Positions 37,434 through 47,901 of a DNA stretch of 63,881 nt are shown here, piece by piece. The notes beneath the pieces are model-generated. The model did no database searches. It was not told the origin of the DNA and saw only the letters and a list, made by a program, of their open reading frames with translations. A program made the translations under genes and the position numbers. The stretch lies in assembly GCF_016433145.1 (NCBI RefSeq), contig NC_058132.1, positions 87,563,599 to 87,627,479 of the forward strand. Direction: 5' to 3'. This DNA comes from Gracilinanus agilis. Taxonomy: Eukaryota. Numbering within the stretch: the first letter of the stretch is position 1; each line of letters starts with the position of its first letter.

Positions 37434-38369
37434 AATTATCTTTCTTATAAGCATATCAGCTGAAAAAAATCAATATTGTCTCCTTTCTGAATGAATGAAT
37501 TTATTTTAAAATTCACTTATTAAGTGCTTGCTTACTAGGGGAATGCACTGGAATAATCTTTGGGGATACAAATAGAAAAGTAATTATATTCCTTATCTTC
37601 AGAGTAGCTCCCTGAGGATCTTGCATGTCAGTTGGGGATACCATACAGATGGAAATATTAGCTTCCAGGCAGGTGAAAATAGGGATTTTCTGGAGCCTCC
37701 TTGAACCAACTCCTAAGAGCCTTTTTGTTAAAGGGAATCAGCAAATGCTACAAATCAGGGCTTCATTTAATATTATGTTGCATAAAAATGATAGGGAAAA
37801 TGTCAATGCTTAAATGAAAAAAAATGTTTAGAGTAAAAAGGGTCAATAGCACTCTCCACTCTACTATCCTAACCCAGAACTGATTTTTAAACATTTGACA
37901 ACACATTCCTAGATAGAAAGGTCCCATGGTCTGCAGAATAAAGCAGTAAAGTAAATGGTAATACATATTCTTTCAAGCCATTTCCACTGATTTTAATGTT
38001 CAGACTCCTCTGCCTTATGTCTAAGAACTCCAACAACTGAATATCACCCTACACATCAAGCTATATCTCATATAACTCCATTTTATGTATTCAACAACAA
38101 AACCAAATTAGACCACTTGCTGCCCTCTGAAAACATATATAATGTTCTCATCTCAATTTCCAGACTTATCTTCTTTCATACTCTTCCATAAGCCAGTTGT
38201 AGCTGACCTTCCTTTCTTTCCTATTCAATTCCTAACCATTCTTTAAAACTTTAACTAAAAGACACTTCTTTCTGGAAGCCTTTCCTAAATACTTAAGATC
38301 ATTTTCCCTTTGCTCTGACAGCACTTTCTTTGTACCTCTCCCATACCCTGATAATAGCTACCATTTATA

Positions 38370-38600
38370 GAAGCATTAAAGAGTTCAAAAACGTCACAAC
38401 TTTTATGTCCTATGATCCTTGCACCATACTCCTAGGAGTGTGGTTCTATTATCTTCATTTTATATGAGGAAACTGAAGTTAAGAAAGATTTAGTGACTTT
38501 CCCAGGGACATAGCCAGTAAGCATCTGAGGCAGAATTTAAACTCATATCTTCCTTACTCAAGGTCCAGTGCTCTATCCATTAAACCAAATGGTTGCCTTG
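38370..38600 (-). mobile_element. MIR SINE
   Basis: cttcattttatatgaggaaactgaag...gtgactttcccagggacatagcc...tgctctatccatt. Confidence 0.75.
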
Positions 38601-40219
38601 ATTTGATGTATCTATATGATAAGATATTGTACATTATTGCTCTCTGTTGATTTATTTTTCCTCTATAGAATTAATGCTAGAAAGGTATTGCATTCACCTT
38701 ACCTAAACATTGTATTTCCTTCAGTGCCTAACATTGTACATAAAATGTGCTTAATAAATGTTCACTTGTATAGAACATGTTTCACTGACTCTTCTACTCA
38801 ATGTCATGTCTACACTAGGTCCCTTGCATTTGAGTTTTTGCTTTATTTTGTTGAAGCTCAGACCTGTGCCAAAACCTCCAAGTCACTAGGACAATTAACT
38901 TCACTTTCTTCACATTGGTCTGTAGATTTGGTCTCTGAGTTCCTTGACTCAGATAAGACAATTTTTGCCTGATTTTGCTGAGGTGAAGCCTGCATGAATC
39001 TTCATCACACTTCTTGGACCACTCCACCATGTCCCAAAGAAAACTATTGCCACTTCTTTCCATCTTCCCTTTTCATTCTGTCTTCTTCCCTTGGAATATA
39101 AATTTCATGAGGTCAGAGACCATCGTGTTTGCTTTTTATTTTTACCCTCATTCCATAGCACAGTTCTGTACACATAGTAAGCATTTAATAAATATTCTAT
39201 AAAATTGTTTGTCTATCTGCCTGTCTTGTGTTCTAAGTCTCTGAGCTGGCTTGTTTTGCTGAGTTCTAAGAAGCATTGCCTCTTTGATCTAATTATAAAG
39301 TCTTCTCAGGCATTCCTCTCATAGCCAAATGTTTTCTTTTGCTCTATTTACCTCTTTCTTGCCTAGCCTCTCTTTGACATACTCCAGGTTTCATGGAGTA
39401 TATTTTCTGTAATTTATTAAAAGGCAAAAAATAATACACAAATACATAATCCATCTAACAAAGTAGGGTAATTGGGATCACATGTAAAAATATTAGATAG
39501 AACGTATACCTCTCAAACACTGGGTCTCTGGTGAGGAAATCCAGAGGCTAATCTGACGCAGAAATTTTCATCCTCTTTCTAGAAGGCTGGAATCTGGTAA
39601 TTCCAACTACTTGGTAGTTTGTTCCCATTCCTTTGCAGCTAAATTGTTAAGGGCACCTGCTATTTCTATATGCCTCTCTCATTGCTTCCTCTCAGTGAGG
39701 TTCTTGTATTCAGAGCCCAGAAAATCAGGATCTAGATATCCCACTGCTATAACCCTACTGTTGCCACCTTCTGTCAGAGAGTCAACCAGCTTTGGGATTG
39801 TTTGGTCAGTCCCCTCTTTGGCTTTGCTTCCCAAGGACCAACGTCTGCTCTTATGACTTTAGTCTCTTCATTGTGATCAGAAAATGCAAAAAGAGAGAAA
39901 AGGTTCATTTAGTTTGTTTTCTATTTTTATAGGTTTTCTACAATTGAATACTTCATACTTATAGACATAATCAATTAGTTTTTCCTCAGTCTCTGATTCT
40001 TAGTCACTAATCTTCCACTAGGAATGAATGACTTTACAAGTGTCAGTGGGCATGTCCCCATCCTTCATGGCATTTTCTGCACCCTTTTAAAGTGGGACAC
40101 GTGAAAGGAATTGAACCAAGCTGGTGAAGAGACTGGAAATAAGAGCAAAAGATCAGTTCAGGAACTGTTTGTGTTTACCTACATAAGAGAAGATGAAAAG
40201 CAATCTTGCATAGATGGGA

Positions 40220-40620
40220 TTTTTGTTTCTAATCTGGGTTTTGAAGTGTTGTGCCCCAGGGGTCCCTCCCTTCTATATTCTGGTGTGGGATTGGTCTTGA
40301 GTGAACCCAATCCCATGCTAGGGGAGGAACCGTGGCCCCTATTTCTTGGCATGGGATTGGTCTATGTAAGGACCAATTCTGCGCATGGGAGGGGCCTTTG
40401 AATCTGAAAAGATTCAGAGGAGCAGGGGCTCTAGTCAGTTTCAGCTAAGGAATTCAGGTGGTTTTGGTTTCTATTCTTTAAATAAAGTTTAAAAAAAAAG
40501 AGATCAGTCAGATAGTTTTTTCTTTTAGCTTTTTCCCATACTATCCAGATTGTACTAGAGAGCCTCTGAGCTTTCTTTTAACTCTGTGACCAATTCAATT
40601 GTGATGAACCTGTAAATTTA
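40220..40620 (+). mobile_element. LTR-like element
   Basis: Repeated gggattggtc (CCAAT-like) boxes, ggaggggcc, aataaa at ~40481; boundaries unclear. Confidence 0.45.
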
Positions 40621-40879
40621 TGAGTATAGACATTTCTGATATTCAAGTCAACTACTAATAATAGTAGGGATATATGGGTTTAAGATTTGCCCCTAATATA
40701 TATTTACTATGTCACTCTAGACAAATCATTTAACCTCTCTGTGCCACAACAACACTACAAGATAAGTAGTTGAAGACTTCTTGCTTATCTTTATAAATAG
40801 GGAGAATTTCCTCTGGAGACATTTTCTCTAAAGAAATGACAGATATAGGCCCAAAAGGAAAAAAATCTGATTACTTTTT

Positions 40880-41170
40880 TCAACCATTTGAAACTTTATA
40901 AGAAACAGATATTGGACTTGACTTTTTGGGCCCCAGGGAGCAGAATCAGAAACAGGGATAGAGATTTCAAAGGTGCAGATTCATCTTTGACATACTTAGA
41001 AAAAAATCATAATAGTTGAGGTAGAATGGACTACCTTGAGAGATAGCAAATGTGCCTTCATGGAGGTCTTCAAGCAAAGTATAGATGACCATTTATTAGG
41101 AATATTGTGGAAGGATTGTTTGTTTACATAGAGATTGTGCTAGATGTTTTCTGGACTTTTTCAATTCTGA
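40880..41170 (+). mobile_element. L3/CR1 3' end, duplicated together with the OR52A gene
   Basis: Matches 36030-36300, and homology continues through to the OR52A 5' UTR. Confidence 0.65.
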
Positions 41171-41319
41171 ACCTGCTGCAGCGATATGATGAATTGGCAA
41201 ATTATATGAATAACATATTTCTGGTTGTCAAGTCAACAGGTCAAAAGAAGAGAAATTAACTTGGGCAACAGCTGCATTTGGAAGCCTTGGACCTCTTAAC
41301 TGATGTACTTTAGTACTAC

Positions 41320-42087
41320 TCTAATGGGGAAAACTGGTGGGTAACATATTATCTGGGTTCAGAGAAAGGGTGAGGATAAGACAGGACAGACAGGACAGGA
41401 TAAGAGACTGGGAATAACTTAACAAGTTTGGGAAACACAAATCAAGAATGGTTTTGGCAGTTGAAGGGAGTGACAGTTAGGATCTCAACTGCCTCTCAGA
41501 TCCACCTAGCCAGGGAGTCTATGAAATCAACAAATAACTGAGTAATACTGGGACAAAAGGATTTATAAATACAGATTTAATAATGACTATAAGAGTTAGG
41601 GATAATGGGGAGAGGCCACACTGAACTTAATCACTAAAAGACCAACACAAGGGCTGGGATATGGGTTAGAGTCTTTGCTGCTCTAAAACAGACTCTATCA
41701 CAGGCTGGAAGGGAATTGGGTCTCTCACAGAGTTTTGTCCACTTCTGCTCCTCTTGATGGTACAAGAAAATAGGTCCACAGGAAAGTAAATCCAGGAAGT
41801 TAAATCAAGGAGCTTGTCTCAGACTGGGATGTCCACCACCCCAGTCAGATCTTCTTGCTCACTTGATCTTTCACTGGCAGGTCTTCCTTCTCTGTGATAA
41901 ATCCACACTCCTTGGGCTCTCCACAGGGACAGGTAAAAGCTGCCCTCTCCCTACCTCAGTCTTGACCAGAGTCCTCAAGGAAAACAGTTTCCTTCCCTTT
42001 ATTCCATGGTTAGAACTCTTAGCTCTTTAGAGACAGCCTGAGTGTTGTCCTACATTAAATATATAATTTTCTAATTTCTTCCTAACA
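41320..42087 (-). mobile_element. Solo LTR (ERV1-like, 4-bp TSD) inserted 6 nt upstream of the OR52A pseudogene ATG
   Basis: TSD ctac at 41316-41319 and 42088-42091; ends tctaatgg...cctaaca; minus-strand ATTAAA at 41576-41581; empty site seen at 36421-36443. Confidence 0.75.
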
Positions 42088-42093
42088 CTACTA

Positions 42094-42525
42094 ATGGCCA
42101 ATGGCACAATTTTCATGCCTAATTTTTCTCTTTGGGATACCTGGCCTAAAGACTGTGCAGTGCTGGATTGAAATTCCATTATGTCATTGACACAGTTGGA
42201 AATTACCTGTTCCTGCTTATCATTTGATCTGAGATGTCTCCACATGTACTTCTTCTTGGACATGTTGGGGGCGGGGGTCACTGATATTGCCCTCAGTACT
42301 TGCATCCTCCCCAAGATGTTGGGCATCTTCTGGTTTCATCTGAAGGAAATCCACTTTGAGGCCCATTTGCTACAGATGTAGCTAATCCACACATTCCAAA
42401 ATATAGAGTCAGGCATCTTACTAATGATCCTCTGAGGCAAACTACTATTTGCAACTCACAACTCTTCACTCAGATTGGGGTTGGGATGATTTTAAGGGCT
42501 GCTATCCTGATGGCCCCATGTCTTG
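42094..42525 (+). pseudogene. OR52A pseudogene, 3'-truncated after TM4
   Basis: ATGGCCAATGGCACA start identical to 36441; several indels, TGG to TAG, ~31-nt loss of the MAxDRYVAIC region; homology ends at ccccatgtcttgt. Confidence 0.92.
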
Positions 42526-42541
42526 TTTACAATGGTATTTT

Positions 42542-42721
42542 TTTAAACCCTTGTACTTCTGTGTATTGTCTCATAAGTGGAAGAGTGGTAAGGGTAGGCA
42601 ATGGGGGTCAAGTGACTTGCCCAGGGTCACACAGCTGGGAAGTGTCTGAGGCCGGGTTTGAACCTAGGACCTCCTGTCTCTAGGCCTGACTCTCACTCCA
42701 CTGAGCTACCCAGCTGCCCCC
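42542..42721 (-). mobile_element. Young SINE1_Mdo, full length
   Basis: TSD tacaatggtatttt at 42528-42541 and 42722-42735. Confidence 0.95.
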
Positions 42722-42837
42722 TACAATGGTATTTTGTGAAATTAGCATTTGGTGAAAAGGGAACAAACCTTCAGATATAAGCTTTGAGGTATTCCTCCAC
42801 TTTTTGTGACCAATGACCATGAAAAGTAGCTTTAATC

Positions 42838-43033
42838 CAGTGGTTTCCAAACTTTTTTGGCCTACTACCCCCTTTCCAGAAAAAAAATATTACTTAGCCC
42901 CCTGGAAATTAATTTTTTTAAAAATTTTAATAGTAATCAATAGGAAAGATAAATGCACCCGTGGCCATCACCGCTCTCCTGGATCACTGCAACACCCACC
43001 AGGGGGTGGTGGCACCCAGTTTGGGAATCACTG
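42838..43033. mobile_element. hAT (Charlie-type) MITE, 196 bp
   Basis: TIRs cagtggtttccaaac and gtttgggaatcactg; perfect 8-bp TSD ctttaatc. Confidence 0.92.
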
Positions 43034-43153
43034 CTTTAATCTAAGAACAAAATAAGTTCATCTACACTAGAAACATCTTAGCAGAGGGGAACAGCAATGA
43101 TTATAATTCTAGTCTGGTGCCACTCCCTCTGGGAAGAATAGAACACTAAGCCT

Positions 43154-43560
43154 TGTAAAAATTAAAATAAATGTACAGCAACTTCAAATATTATATTTTT
43201 AAAAGATTTATTAATAATAACTAGAAGTAAAAGAATAACAAGATAACAAAATAAAACCATATGCCCAAGCTAATCAAAAGTTCTTGCATTCATAGCCACC
43301 TTCAAAGGAAGAGAAGAGGCCTAGACATCCAGCTCCCCTCAGTTTACCTCCTATCTATGTCAGCACGTAATGAGAGGAAGTCAGTGGGCTCCAGGGTAAT
43401 ATAGTTCAAAGATACAAGATTTCCAATTACACATTCCCCCCTGAGATCCCTTGAAAGATTAGTTTCTCCAATGAATCTCTTAAACATAGCCAACTTTTAA
43501 ATTACAATAATTTGGGGATAAAAGGAAAAGAAAACAAAACCAACGATTGTTATATGATCT
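43154..43560 (-). mobile_element. ERV 3' LTR (43154-43431) with polypurine tract and internal remnant
   Basis: Minus strand GGGGGGAATG|TGTAATTGG...TTTTTACA; AATAAA in the LTR. Confidence 0.7.
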
Positions 43561-45189
43561 GTTTGGAATTGGCTATGATTAACCTTAGGGAAGAGGGTTT
43601 TGGGGAAGGAGAGGTTGGGGCAGGGTTATGATAAGTATTCAATGATGATGTGAACAAAAACCATTGGAGAGAAGAATTAGATGCATTCTGCCTGGTTTCA
43701 GAGGATAGAATTAGGAGCAGTAATAGAGATTACAGAGGCAAATTTCAATACAATATATAGGAAAATATTCTAACAATATGCACTGTCCCAATGCAAAATG
43801 GACTGCTTTGGGAAGTAGTAGGTTGGTACAAATGAAATAAAATTGATTAAGTGAACTCAAAGGTGTTTTCAAACATTAAGATTCTTAGATTTAATTTTGA
43901 GCCAATGCAGGAAATTAAATAAAGGTAGTAAAATCTTCATGTAAAGTTTGAAGAACAAAATGAGCAGATAATTTGTCCTCTTTGTGAGACAGTCCAAACT
44001 AAAGGAAAGGAGCTTCCTGGGAAGAGAAGCCCCACTGGTGATAGATCCTGGAGAAACTTAGAGATTTAAGGCAATAAGGGATATTTGTAAGGTAATTATG
44101 ATAAAACATATCCTTAAGTATATCATCTTTCTTAGGCTACCTCCCACTTTTATATGTATATGAATATATATCTATATATGTTAATATCTATATCTATATT
44201 TATATATACAATGAGTTTGCAGCTACCTGCTCAAAGTGACTGATGCTCTCCTTATTCTCCTTAGAGAGATGACTACATGTGAGTTGAGAGCATAAATTCA
44301 CCTGGATATAATGTTTAAGGGGGCAGCCAAGGGACCATGTGAGACCCTGAGAGAAAGCAAAGCACTGTCATAGCCTCTTTGGCCACTGGTTATGCATGTG
44401 TGTGCCATGTCTTCTGAAGGACAGGGAGCCATATTTCTATTTCCTTCTCTCTGACAGCATAGCCTAGTATGAAATTACAACAGTTTCAAAAATAGATTTT
44501 GGTTGAAAATTGGAAGTAATCACTGGTGGGAAAATCTATTTTGCTTGTCCTATAGGTTTTTTTTCATTCTGAAGGATGAGTCCAAAGGATAGGGCAAGAA
44601 AGACTTTTATTTAAGGGATGACATCTACTTTCTTTGGTGTTCCCAAGTTTTACTATATTGACTTTTGCATTCATCTGGCAAGACTGAAAATATGCTTCCT
44701 CCAGCCTCAGATCACTTGAAAGTGAAATGAATTGGGGAAGAGGGTGCCAGAGAATCTGGGTTCTATAGCTCATTTACAAACTACCTACTGTCCATAGGGC
44801 CTTGAAAAATTCAACTAGCTACATTAGACCTGAGTTTTATAATCTGTAAAATGGAGGGACTAGATGAATTCTAAAGTCCCTCTAAGATATAACATTTTAT
44901 AATTCCTTCTGAAGTAATTAACCAGGCTGAATTAGCACAGAGGACTCCACACTGGTCTGGCTACTGTGACATAAATTTTATCCATCTCTCTCTCTTTTTT
45001 TTTTTAACTCTCTCTCACTCTTTTTCTCTCTGTTTGACTCTTTTTCTCTCTCTGGATAGCAGTGGGCCTCTCTCATCCCACTTTTGTCTCCAACTTTTCC
45101 ATTCCTAGTTTGGTGGATGGAAGTATAGGAAGAAGTATTGAAGAAAAAAGGAAGAGAAAGATACAATGACGTTCTTCTGATACCTACCT

Positions 45190-45372
45190 TTTTTTTTTTA
45201 AATGCTTACCTCCATCTTAACATCAATATTGGTTCCAAGGCAGAAGAGTGGTAAGGGCAAGGCAATGGGGATTAGATGAATTGTTCCTGGTCACACAGCT
45301 AAGAAGTGCTTGACACCATATTTGAATGTAGGTCCTCTTATCTTTAGGCCAGTCTCTCAATCCACTGAGCCA
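45190..45372 (-). mobile_element. Older SINE1_Mdo-family SINE, 5' end cut by an LTR
   Basis: ttggttccaaggcagaagagtggtaaggg...tctcaatccactgagcc. Confidence 0.85.
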
Positions 45373-45373
45373 A

Positions 45374-46205
45374 TGTAAAGCAGGATTGATGCAAGATCTC
45401 TTGCATTTGCAAAATCACCCTAGGCAATCCTGGCAGTTAGGGGAATGGAATTTTGGCCCAGCAAGTGCCAGTCTCAAGACCTAACTGTTGGAACTGGGAC
45501 AATAAATATCCCTGGAGAACCCACCTCCCGGTTCTGATTTCCTTGACCTCACCCAGACATCCAGCTACCTCCTGGACTTCCCCTTGGGACCCCGGGAGGT
45601 GTGGTTGGTGGGTTGTGGAATGTGGACAGGAATTAGTTAGGACAGCCTAGCCAGGGACACGCCTAAACCAAATCATCAACATCATTAGTCTAGCTGGTGG
45701 ACCACTTAACAGCAGGGCAGTGGAAATTATCCCTGGCTGAGGGGCTGGTTCCCTCAGACTGATCCTACCTTGTGAGGTCCTCTGCCAACACTGGGCAGTC
45801 ACCCTTAGCAACAGCTTCTCCAGACCCTAAACCCTCTTCCCTCAGTTTACCCTTGTGTTTAAATAAACCCTTAACCTGATACTGAAAGTTATAGTTATTG
45901 ATAACATCATCCAGGGCTAAGGGGGGAAGAAAGGGAAGATAGCAACCACCTGACTTCAGTGGGATTATTGGACAGGCATCCATTTTATTCAGGAAATGAG
46001 GCAGTTTCACTTTCTGCTGGTTCTGCTTTCTCTCCAGCAGAGAGGGGCTCCTCACTCCTCACTTTAAAGGAACCTCAGACAGCAGGGAGACTGACTGGAC
46101 ATCTCAGCTCAGGCTCACACATCCCTGGCTATCTCAAATCAACAAATACTGTAGTTGTAGGCTCCTTGCCCCAGAAGACTCACTGGTAACCCCAGCTCTT
46201 CTAAC
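45374..46205 (+). mobile_element. LTR-like element
   Basis: Starts tgtaaagc, GC-richer than flanks, aaataaa at ~45861; 3' end uncertain (45959 or 46205). Confidence 0.5.
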
Positions 46206-46928
46206 ATCAGCCTGTTTACCCTATTATTACACCAATGATCTGCCTCTGCCCATCTTTCTTTTTCACAGATCTAGTCATGTCATAATTCTGCTCAAAAACC
46301 CTCAATGACTCCCCAGTGCTTCCTGAATAAAGTTTTAAATCCTTCGTTTGACATTCAAGGTTCTCCCTAATTAGCACCTGCCTCTTCACATATCCAGAAT
46401 TAGATCATTATATGCTACTCCATATACATCCTCCTCCTCCCCTAGATACTAAGCCCTGTGAAGACAAAGGTCACATTTAAGTTAAATTTGGTTTCTACTT
46501 CCACTCTATTCTGTTCAAAATTATTATCAGAGTCTTGGATAAAGGCATATGTGACATAATTATTATAGAAACAAAAGGCCAGAAAATTTGTTTAACAAGG
46601 AAATGAAATTATATTTGGAGTTAGAGGAGCTGAGTTCAAATCCTGATTTGCTACTTACTATTTGTATAATGGTAGACATGTCATTTTGGTCTATTCCTTC
46701 CTCATCTGTAAAATGAAAGTTGAAATATAGCTCTAAGGCTACTTCTAGCTCTAAATGTTTTGATCTATGAATTGAGATCCACAAACAAATTAATAAGTCC
46801 AAAAGAATTTAGCAAGCACTTACTATCTGCCGGGTATTACACTATTTGCCAGAGACATAAGGGTAAAAGTGAAACAATTCTCTCTCTGGAAAAGCTAGGG
46901 GATACAGTACATAGCCTTCTTATATGCT

Positions 46929-46985
46929 GAGAAAGAATCAAGAGCTGCTAATTCCTAAACCCATACCTAACAGTACAGCTTTCTT
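46929..46985 (+). pseudogene. mt-tRNA-Ser(AGY) remnant in the NUMT
   Basis: gagaaag...gagctGCTaattc...ctttctt; D-armless layout with GCT anticodon. Confidence 0.8.
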
Positions 46986-47055
46986 ACTTTTAAAGGATAG
47001 TAATATCCATTGGTCTTAGAAACCAAAAACTTTGGTGCAACTCCAAATGAAAGTA
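46986..47055 (+). pseudogene. mt-tRNA-Leu(CUN) remnant in the NUMT
   Basis: acttttaaaggatag...ttggtctTAGaaaccaa...ggtgcaactccaaatgaaagta. Confidence 0.93.
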
Positions 47056-47630
47056 ATTAATTACCTCTTTAACTCAATTATCCTTCTATCCATCACACTA
47101 CTACCTTCACCACTATTATATAACCTCTTACTTCCCAACAAATCAAATACTTCCCACTATACTGTAAAAATTTGGTTATGTTAACCCTCCTAACTAGTCT
47201 CCCTCCTTTACTTATCTTTATATACCCTGGCCAAGAATCAATTATCACTGATTGACATAGATTCTCAGCTCATATATTTAACATTTTGATAAGTTTTAAA
47301 TTAGATTTTTCCTCTATTATTTTTATTCCTATTGCCTTATTCATAATCAATCCATCCTAGAATTTTCCTTATGACATATATACTCAGACCCTAATATTTT
47401 CCAATCCTTCAAATACCTCATTACCTTCCTCCTCACAATAATTTTCCTAGTATCCACTGACAATTTATTCCAATTATTGAGAAGGTATTATATCCCTCAT
47501 TTTAACTGAATGATGTTATGGACATAGAGATGCTAATACCGCAGCCTTCTAAGAAATCCTATACAATCATGTTGATGATATCAGATTTCATTCTTACAAT
47601 AGCATGACTCATAAAAATAATAATTCATTT
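47056..47630 (+). pseudogene. ND5: mt-ND5 5' fragment (~190 codons), frameshifted
   Basis: QESIITDWH, SFKLDF, SIIFIPIALF, SILEFSLW.MYSDPNI.Q.FKYL..FL.TM, DNLFQL, DANTAA, ILYN. Confidence 0.93.
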
Positions 47631-47787
47631 GATGGGAATGGGTTCCAATCTGGCTACAGACACTTCCCAGCTGTGTGACCCTGGACAAGTCACTTACCCC
47701 CTATTGCCTAGCTCTTATTGCTGTTCTGCCTTAGAATCAATATGCAATATTGACTCTAAGATAGAAGGTATTGGTTTAAAAAAAAGA
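47631..47787 (+). mobile_element. 5'-truncated older SINE1_Mdo-family SINE abutting the NUMT
   Basis: cagacacttcccagctgtgtgaccctggacaagtcac...gactctaagatagaaggtattggtttaaaaaaa. Confidence 0.85.
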
Positions 47788-47869
47788 GAGAGAATAAAAA
47801 TTAAAGTAGAATATGAAATGGAAAATAAGGTAGTATCTGGAGTAAAATATAGTACACTTAAACTATTAA

Positions 47870-47899
<30 letters not shown>

Positions 47900-47901
<2 letters not shown>

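Larger units (their letters stand above)
46913..47630 (+). other. NUMT: nuclear copy of mtDNA tRNA-His 3' end, tRNA-Ser(AGY), tRNA-Leu(CUN) and 5' ND5
   Basis: Mitochondrial gene order, retained anticodons, ND5 peptides in the mitochondrial code. Confidence 0.95.

Noticed and set aside
40286-40315. 9-bp perfect hairpin TGGGATTGG-N12-CCAATCCCA
   Set aside because: Lies within an LTR-like element with repeated CCAAT boxes; too short for a miRNA precursor.
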